Translations under genes and position numbers: made by a program
Shown: piece after piece, positions 57,967 to 64,000 of the stretch
Numbering within the stretch: the first letter of the stretch is position 1
How the letters are laid out: each line of letters starts with the position of its first letter
From: Candidatus Saccharimonadales bacterium
GTDB taxonomy: Bacteria > Patescibacteriota > Saccharimonadia > Saccharimonadales > DATKHC01
Direction of reading: 5' to 3'
Assembly: GCA_038317055.1 (NCBI GenBank)
Contig: JBBQBA010000003.1
Coordinates: 11,850 to 75,849 of the forward strand
Length of the DNA stretch: 64,000 nt
The notes under the pieces: generated by a model
What the model saw: only the letters and a program-made list of their open reading frames with translations
The model's database searches: none
What the model was told of the DNA's origin: nothing

Positions 57967-59136
57967 CTATTTCCTGATTAGTACTAATAATTGGCGTGCT
58001 ACGAATTGATTTGGTCTAAAGTAGATTAAATCGCTTGCATCCACGTTCTTAAAGCTCATGCGATTGTACCCGATTTTCTCGAGATGGTCAAGCAAGGGAA
58101 GAGTAACAAAGCCATTATTTGTGACCCAAGCTGGAACACCTATACAAATCTGAGAGCCAACTTTTAGCTGAGGTGCTAGATTTTCAAGGAATCGGCGTAT
58201 CAATTTACTTAAATTTTCTGACTCATATCTTAACTCGCTCATTGGTGGAAGTTGGGTTAGTGGTTTACCTAGTAGAGTTTCACATACAACAGAATCAATT
58301 GTTTCATTCCATCTGTAATTTGTTGCGTCAGCTATTTCGACTTTCCACTCAGGTAATTTTCCAAAATTTTCAGCGAGCCATTCAAGATTAAATTTAGAGT
58401 AATCTATCATTCGCTCATTTACATCGCTACCATAACTTTTAAATCCCAGAAGTAGTGATTCTTGTAGAATTACGCCTGTGCCACAAAAGGGGTCAACTAG
58501 CCATCCTCCTGGTTTAGGATGTGCTAAATTAATCATAATTTGAGCGAGTTTTGGTGGTAGCATACCGACCTTAGCATCTCGTTTCGGACGATTTTGGTCT
58601 CGACTAGCATAACCGTTTATATCCTGGATGCCTGTAGTTTTCGCAAATACTAGACCTCTATTTCCTTGGACAATTAATAGTTCAAAGCCATTCGATCCTG
58701 TTAATTGATTATGTAATACTTGTGCAGTTGAAAGCTGTTCTTCTTTGTTTGGAACTATTCGGACTGGTCTACCATGACTCTTTAAAATCTTCTTAAGGGC
58801 AATATTACTGCCGTTTAACTGAGTGGGTCTAATTCTGATTCCATAACAACTTACACCGAAAGTAATTTTTCCTTCAGTGCTAGATAGAATTACTGGTAGA
58901 ACATCGGTTTTTATAAAATCTTCAATTTCTGGCCAACTTTTACTATCGGTCTCAGCTATAACCTTTCCAAATTTTTGTGATCCACCTAGTCGCTTAATAA
59001 AACTTTCATCTAAATTGTCTTCAAAAATTGCAGTATTAGTATTAAAACTAAAAACTTTTTCATAACCAAGTAAGCTTTCAAGCTCTGCTAAGCCCAAATT
59101 TGGCTGTCTTCCTAAGATAAAAATGTTTTTACTCAT
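57967..59136 (-). CDS. putative SAM-dependent (RNA) methyltransferase, UPF0020/Trm11-like
   Basis: LPPKLAQIMINLA...WLVDPFCGTGVILQE is the SAM motif I context. The N-terminal domain of about 170 aa is unassigned, and motif IV (CETLLGKP) is atypical. Confidence 0.5.
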   Translation of the reverse strand: MSKNIFILGRQPNLGLAELESLLGYEKVFSFNTNTAIFEDNLDESFIKRLGGSQKFGKVIAETDSKSWPEIEDFIKTDVLPVILSSTEGKITFGVSCYGIRIRPTQLNGSNIALKKILKSHGRPVRIVPNKEEQLSTAQVLHNQLTGSNGFELLIVQGNRGLVFAKTTGIQDINGYASRDQNRPKRDAKVGMLPPKLAQIMINLAHPKPGGWLVDPFCGTGVILQESLLLGFKSYGSDVNERMIDYSKFNLEWLAENFGKLPEWKVEIADATNYRWNETIDSVVCETLLGKPLTQLPPMSELRYESENLSKLIRRFLENLAPQLKVGSQICIGVPAWVTNNGFVTLPLLDHLEKIGYNRMSFKNVDASDLIYFRPNQFVARQLLVLIRK

Positions 59137-59174
59137 ATCGATAGTATACGTGTTTCATATATAATAAATTATTA

Positions 59175-60221
59175 ATGGTTGAAAAAGCTAAAAAGAGCAA
59201 TTGGAGACTTATTTTAACAGTCATTACGCTGATAGCACTTGGCGTTGTAATAATTGGTCTTCATAAAGATATCCTTACGACTTTTGAAGATTTAAAACGT
59301 GTAAATTTATTTGCACTGTCTCTACTGTTACCAATAGAGTTTATTAATTATCACGCTCAAGCCAAACTATATGAAACCACATTAGGAACGTTAGGAAAAA
59401 AGCTTAAGTATTGGTTTTTGTTCAGATTTAGTCTGGAACTCAACTTTATCTCAACGATTTTCCCAAGTGGAGGTATATCTGGCTTCTCATATATTAATCT
59501 ACGACTAAAGTCTCAAGGAGTAACAACCGCACAGGCAACACTAATTCAACTCCTAAAGACAGTTCTATTGTATTCATCGTTTCTATTGATTTTGATAGTA
59601 GGTCTTTTGTTTCTGGCTATTAGTGGTAGAGCTAGTAGTTTTCTGATATTAATAGCAACTTCACTAATTACTATTTTGGTTATTATAAGTCTTGGTGCGC
59701 TATTTATTATTAGTGATAAGCATCGAATAAATAGCTTTTTTAGATACATTACTAGATTTTTGAATAGATTAATAAAAGTTGTTAGACCAAAGCATAGTGA
59801 AACTATAAATATTCAAAGAGTAGAAGAAATATTTACAGAATTACATGAAAGCTACTTAACATTTAAAGACAATAAAGAAGCTTTAAAGATGCCACTATTG
59901 TGGGGTTTATTGGCAAACGTTGCTGAAGTTAGTGCAGTTTACGTAGTTTATGTTGCTTTTGGTCATTACGTTAACCCAGGCGCAGTAATAGTTGCTTATG
60001 CGGTTGCTTCTTTTGCTGGAGTTTTATCTGTTCTACCGGGAGGAGTTGGTGTTTACGAAACTTTAATGACGTTAGTTTTAGCGGCAGCCGGCATTCCTCC
60101 GTCAGTATCTATACCGGTAACTATTATGTATCGAATCGTAAACACCCTAATTCAAATTGTGCCGGGTTATATTTTCTACCAAAAAGCCTTGTCACCTGAA
60201 CCAAACGCAACAAATGGATGA
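59175..60221 (+). CDS. polytopic membrane protein, lysyl-phosphatidylglycerol-synthase-TM-like (flippase-like, UPF0104) family
   Basis: The 348-aa protein has about 8 TM helices. Its N-terminal pattern is K-rich, then a TM helix, then L..F..L, and it has the GGVGVYE motif near the C-terminus. Confidence 0.55.
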   Translation: MVEKAKKSNWRLILTVITLIALGVVIIGLHKDILTTFEDLKRVNLFALSLLLPIEFINYHAQAKLYETTLGTLGKKLKYWFLFRFSLELNFISTIFPSGGISGFSYINLRLKSQGVTTAQATLIQLLKTVLLYSSFLLILIVGLLFLAISGRASSFLILIATSLITILVIISLGALFIISDKHRINSFFRYITRFLNRLIKVVRPKHSETINIQRVEEIFTELHESYLTFKDNKEALKMPLLWGLLANVAEVSAVYVVYVAFGHYVNPGAVIVAYAVASFAGVLSVLPGGVGVYETLMTLVLAAAGIPPSVSIPVTIMYRIVNTLIQIVPGYIFYQKALSPEPNATNG

Positions 60222-61332
60222 CCTAATCCTATCTGTAAGTGATTTTATCGCTGTTTTTAATCAGACGATAAGCTATGCATATCCAAATGTAACGATTGAA
60301 GGTGAACTTGAAAGCTTAAGAATCAGCAAGGGAAAGTGGGTATATTTTAATCTTAAGGATAGCAATTCGAGTGTTAAATTCTTTGGCACTGTCAATCAAT
60401 TACCTGGACCACTAGAGGACGGATTAATAGTCAGAGTTAAAGGTGTACCGTTTCTACATCACTTGTACGGTTTTAGTATTAATGTTCAGTTTATGCAACC
60501 GGTTGGTGAAGGATCACTAAGACGTGCATCACAACTACTCCAGGCAAAATTAACCAAAGAAGGCTTATTTGATGAAAGTAGAAAGCGCCAAATTGATTAC
60601 CCTCCATTGAGACTTGGTTTAATTACTTCGGTAGGCTCAGCAGCGTATCATGATTTTATAAAAATACTTGCTGAGAGATGGGGGGGAATAGCTATTGAAG
60701 TTGCTGACGTACAGGTTCAGGGAGAGGTTGCACCGGCTCAAATAATAAGGGCCTTTGATCATTTCAATAGCGAGAAAGAACCCGTCGATGTAATAGTACT
60801 TATAAGGGGTGGTGGCAGCGCTGATGATCTAGCAGCTTTTAATAACGAACTAGTTACAAGGGCAGTTGCTACAAGCAGAACACCTACACTTGTAGCTATA
60901 GGTCATGAGATTGATGTTAGTTTAGCAGAAATGGCGGCTGATAAAAGGGGTAGTACACCGACTCACGCCGCTGAAATACTATCACCCGACAAGCGACAAT
61001 TAATTAAAGATCTATTAATTCAAAGGAAACAATTGGATTTAGCAATTGAAAGCACTATTGATATGTACTTTGATCAATTAAAACAGTCTAAACAAGATTC
61101 AAGTGAAATCATTAACGAGTTTCTTATTGATCAAGCCAGTAGACTCAATCAAAACAAGCAGTTACTAGACATTTTAAGTCCACTCAGTGCGCTTAAGCGT
61201 GGCTACGCGATAATCAGGCAAGATGAAAAGGTAATAACGTCCGCAAAGCGCCTAAAGACCAATTCTCGTATTACAACTCAGTTCAAAGACGGTGAAGTAA
61301 TTAGCGTGATTTCAGAAGTTAAATTAATATAG
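60214..61332 (+). CDS. xseA: exodeoxyribonuclease VII large subunit
   Basis: OB-fold N-terminus (SVSDFIAVFNQTI...VTIEGELESL), VLIRGGGSADDLAAFN and GHEIDVSLAE. The start is moved to ATG 60214 (MDDLILSV), overlapping the upstream stop. Confidence 0.9.
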   Translation: MDDLILSVSDFIAVFNQTISYAYPNVTIEGELESLRISKGKWVYFNLKDSNSSVKFFGTVNQLPGPLEDGLIVRVKGVPFLHHLYGFSINVQFMQPVGEGSLRRASQLLQAKLTKEGLFDESRKRQIDYPPLRLGLITSVGSAAYHDFIKILAERWGGIAIEVADVQVQGEVAPAQIIRAFDHFNSEKEPVDVIVLIRGGGSADDLAAFNNELVTRAVATSRTPTLVAIGHEIDVSLAEMAADKRGSTPTHAAEILSPDKRQLIKDLLIQRKQLDLAIESTIDMYFDQLKQSKQDSSEIINEFLIDQASRLNQNKQLLDILSPLSALKRGYAIIRQDEKVITSAKRLKTNSRITTQFKDGEVISVISEVKLI

Positions 61333-61341
61333 GGGGTAGTT

Positions 61342-61539
61342 ATGGTAAAACCAATCGATAGTTACGAATCTATGAACACTGAATTAGAGGAAATAATTCA
61401 GTTGTTACAGTCTGGTGATTTGAGTCTAGATGATGCAGTCAAAAAATATGAGCGGAGTAATGAGCTGATTTTTAAATTAGAAAAACACTTAGAGTCTGTC
61501 CAAAATAAGATTACAAAAATTAAAGCTAATCTGAAGTAA
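61342..61539 (+). CDS. xseB: exodeoxyribonuclease VII small subunit
   Basis: A 65-aa helical protein with LEEIIQLLQSGDLSLDDAVKKYERS, following xseA. Confidence 0.88.
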   Translation: MVKPIDSYESMNTELEEIIQLLQSGDLSLDDAVKKYERSNELIFKLEKHLESVQNKITKIKANLK

Positions 61540-61545
61540 TTCCAT

Positions 61546-62061
61546 ATGGAAATTTTAGATATTATTTTTAGGGTAGTAGTGGTTATCGGTATTATAGTTT
61601 TTATATTATTTACGTTTGTCATATTATTTGGTGCTCCATTTCTTCCTACGCTTAAAAAGAACGTTAAGCCTGCAATAAAACTTATAAACCTAAAGCCCGG
61701 TCAAACACTCCTAGAACTTGGAAGCGGAGATGGCCGGGTGCTACTTGCAGCAGCCGAGGCTGGGCTAAATGTCGTTGGTTATGAACTTAATCCTATCTTG
61801 TATGTAATATCTTGGATAAGAACGCGACGATATCGTAAACAGGTTAAGATAGTTCTGGGCAATTATTGGAATAAAAAGTGGCCAGAAACTGATGGTATAT
61901 TTGTCTTTTTGCTAAACCGCTACATGGTTAAGTTGAATACAAGAATTGTTCAAACTTATGCTAATCCAGTCAAACTTGTAAGCTTCGCTTTTAAAATTCC
62001 TAACAGGGAAGAAGATACAGAAAAGCACGGATTATACCTATATAAATACAACACTAAATAG
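61546..62061 (+). CDS. class I SAM-dependent methyltransferase with an N-terminal TM helix
   Basis: Motif I is LLELGSGDGRVLLAAAEAG, followed by the acidic VVGYELNP. Confidence 0.55.
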   Translation: MEILDIIFRVVVVIGIIVFILFTFVILFGAPFLPTLKKNVKPAIKLINLKPGQTLLELGSGDGRVLLAAAEAGLNVVGYELNPILYVISWIRTRRYRKQVKIVLGNYWNKKWPETDGIFVFLLNRYMVKLNTRIVQTYANPVKLVSFAFKIPNREEDTEKHGLYLYKYNTK

Positions 62062-62103
62062 ATAAATATTGTCCAGTAAGTGCTATACTTAAGCCTATAT
62101 TAA

Positions 62104-62832
62104 TTGAGTAGGGTAGGTGATTTTGTGATCACATCTAAACAGCTTGAAAACGACCGTCTATTTAAGATAATAATAGAGCAATTGAAACTCCCATTTCTTC
62201 ATATTGCAAGACAAACTGAAGCAGCAAATTTTGGTACGATTACTAACTATGCCGAAATAAATAGCATTGCAGAAATGTCTATAAAACTTATCGATAGTTA
62301 TCTTTTAACTAACGGACAAAACCCACAAACTAGTTTAGATCTTGAACCCGTATCGATATCTTCTGTTCTAAATACTGCTGCGGATAATCTATCAGGATTA
62401 GCCGGTTTATATAACTGTAATATTGAGCTTCAACTAGCTGGCAAATATGGACCGGTTATGAGTAATAAGCCTAGACTTGAAGCAGCTTTTACGATGCTAG
62501 GTTACTCAATGATTGAAGCCAATCTTGCAAGTAGTGCTAATCGTAGACGGGGCAATATAATACTTTCAGGTTATCGCTCTTCTAAAGGGTTAGTGGCTGG
62601 AATATTTAGTCCAGATATTGAAATTAATAATGATTCTTTTCAAAAATCGTTGAACAGTTTTGTAAGCACTAAGCAGGCCTTACCGGATCTTAGTCATTCA
62701 ACAGGCGCTGGTATATTCATAGCTGATTCAATCCTAACTGATCTTTCTACTAAGCTTCGTGTTGCTCATTTCAAACGTATCAACGGACTTGCGGCTACTC
62801 TAATTCCTAGTAAGCAACTGCAATTAGTATAA
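62104..62832 (+). CDS. cytoplasmic histidine-kinase-like protein, degenerate (the start may be GTG 62125)
   Basis: The possible H-box is LPFLHIARQTE. The C-terminal half follows the HATPase_c pattern (RLEAAFTMLGYSMIEA ... STGAGIFIADSIL ... GLAATLIP) but lacks the usual Asn and DxGxG residues. AGGTGA precedes GTG 62125. Confidence 0.45.
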   Translation: MSRVGDFVITSKQLENDRLFKIIIEQLKLPFLHIARQTEAANFGTITNYAEINSIAEMSIKLIDSYLLTNGQNPQTSLDLEPVSISSVLNTAADNLSGLAGLYNCNIELQLAGKYGPVMSNKPRLEAAFTMLGYSMIEANLASSANRRRGNIILSGYRSSKGLVAGIFSPDIEINNDSFQKSLNSFVSTKQALPDLSHSTGAGIFIADSILTDLSTKLRVAHFKRINGLAATLIPSKQLQLV

Positions 62833-63224
62833 TGAAAAACAATCAAATATTACTGATTGAACCAGACTATCTTTTAGCAAATATCTATAAAGATCATCTA
62901 GAGAAATTTCACTATAAGGTTGTGGTATGTAGTGATGTACAAAAAGCCGTATATGAAATTGATAATCTTCGACCAGAAATGATTATTCTTGAGCTAAAAT
63001 TAGCATCACATAATGGATTTGAGTTTCTCTACGAACTTAGATCTTATACGGATTGGCAGGATATCCCTGTAATTATTCATAGTATGCTACCCGAGATTGA
63101 CTCTGGAATGAATCTTGAAACAAAGTCTGAACTCGGTATTTTAAGTTATTTATACAAACCAAATACAAGTTTAGGTAAGCTACATTACGAGCTAAATAAA
63201 CACTTTTTAGTTAGTAGTACATGA
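62832..63224 (+). CDS. stand-alone receiver-like (REC) domain with Glu at the phospho-acceptor position
   Basis: The REC pattern is ILLIEPD..., then MIILELKL (E where D is expected), PVIIHS and YLYKP (conserved Lys-Pro). The ATG overlaps the upstream stop. Confidence 0.6.
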   Translation: MKNNQILLIEPDYLLANIYKDHLEKFHYKVVVCSDVQKAVYEIDNLRPEMIILELKLASHNGFEFLYELRSYTDWQDIPVIIHSMLPEIDSGMNLETKSELGILSYLYKPNTSLGKLHYELNKHFLVSST

Positions 63225-63904
63225 AACAAATAGTTACTAAAGCAATTGTGCTTCGACGAATTAATTATCAAGAAGCAGATCGAATAATAACCTTTTTAAG
63301 TAACGATCAGGGAAAAATAACGGCTATTGCTAAGGGCGTTAGGAAAGCAAATTCTAAGCTGGCAGGAAGTATTGAACTATTCGGCACAAGCCAAATAACC
63401 ATATTGCCAGGGAAGGGCGATATGAGCATGCTAATTTCGGCTAGACTAATCGAAAATTATGGCAATATCGTTAAAGATTTCAGTCGGACTCAGCTTGGAT
63501 ATGAAGTCCTTAAACTTATAAATAAAAATCTAGAAATTGAGGGGGACGAAGCTGTATACGAAGTCCTTAAATCCACACTCGAGTCTTTAAATAATCTAAA
63601 AATAGACTCAAATATTACGAAATTTTGGTTTAGCCTTCAGTTTTTGGCACTTATGGGGCACTCGCCAAACTTAAGTGTTGAAACAGAAAATAATAGTGAA
63701 AATTTCATATTTGATTCCAGTAAAATGATGTTTATAAGTGATGAAATGGGCGCATATAATAAAAATCACATAAAGGTTCTCAGACTGGCATTAGATAATA
63801 ATCCAGAAAAGCTTTCAAAAATTAATGGAATACCAGAGATTAGTGAGAAGCTATTAAATATTACTCAGACAATGTTAATTAACACTGACTTCAATCCAAT
63901 CTAA
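63221..63904 (+). CDS. recO: DNA repair protein RecO
   Basis: OB-fold N-terminus TKAIVLRRINYQEADRIITFLS...GKITAIAKGVRK. The gene overlaps the REC gene by 4 nt. Confidence 0.88.
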   Translation: MKQIVTKAIVLRRINYQEADRIITFLSNDQGKITAIAKGVRKANSKLAGSIELFGTSQITILPGKGDMSMLISARLIENYGNIVKDFSRTQLGYEVLKLINKNLEIEGDEAVYEVLKSTLESLNNLKIDSNITKFWFSLQFLALMGHSPNLSVETENNSENFIFDSSKMMFISDEMGAYNKNHIKVLRLALDNNPEKLSKINGIPEISEKLLNITQTMLINTDFNPI

Positions 63905-63954
63905 TAACGTTTAGTATGTTTTTATAACAGTTAAAACCTAGTATAGTTGTATGT

Positions 63955-64000
63955 ATGATAAAGGCTACTAACCTCAGCAAACACTACAAAAAATCTTCAG
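63955..64000 (+). CDS. start of an ABC-transporter ATP-binding protein (truncated by the window end)
   Basis: MIKATNLSKHYKKSS is a typical ABC ATPase N-terminus. TATAGT at 63942-63947 lies 7 nt before the ATG. Only 15 codons are visible. Confidence 0.4.
   Translation, partial: MIKATNLSKHYKKSS

Overview
The window is AT-rich and very gene-dense, with about 55 CDS, mostly on the + strand and many separated by only 0-40 nt or overlapping. I found no rRNA, tRNA, CRISPR array, transposase or integrase. Most genes are housekeeping. They cover cell division (ftsA, ftsZ, ftsE, ftsX, a PcsB-like CHAP hydrolase and an S41 protease) and nucleotide supply (nrdR, a class II RNR, pyrG and a lone purD). 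They also cover partitioning (parA, parB), secretion and proteolysis (secA, lepB, htrA, rseP-like, CPBP, M16) and translation: ileS, proS, class I lysS, serS, prfA, prfB, prmC, frr, tsf, hpf, and ribosomal proteins S2, L21, L27 and L31. Repair genes are xseA, xseB, recO and msrA. TGA is used as a stop codon and RF2 is present, so the genetic code is standard. Several traits fit a reduced-genome monoderm of the Patescibacteria/CPR (Saccharimonadia-like) type: class I LysRS, a ProRS without the INS editing domain, missing pyrH and cdsA in an otherwise conserved cluster, giant surface proteins and a heliorhodopsin. This lineage call is inference, not proof. Six items stand out. (1) Two tandem giant envelope proteins (3038 aa and 1524 aa) occupy 13.8 kb. 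The first holds three 7-unit LVIVD-type propeller arrays in a thrice-repeated module, and the second holds 18 Kelch-like units. (2) A heliorhodopsin-family 7-TM protein sits between msrA and a Cas4-like Fe-S nuclease. (3) An Ile T-box leader precedes ileS, and its canonical antiterminator bulge helix lies inside the terminator stem rather than overlapping it. (4) A recurring extended -10 element lies 6-10 nt upstream of ATG, implying leaderless mRNAs for a subset of genes. (5) Two unrecognisable proteins are driven by a consensus promoter upstream of ftsEX. (6) A degenerate kinase-like/receiver-like pair lies upstream of recO.
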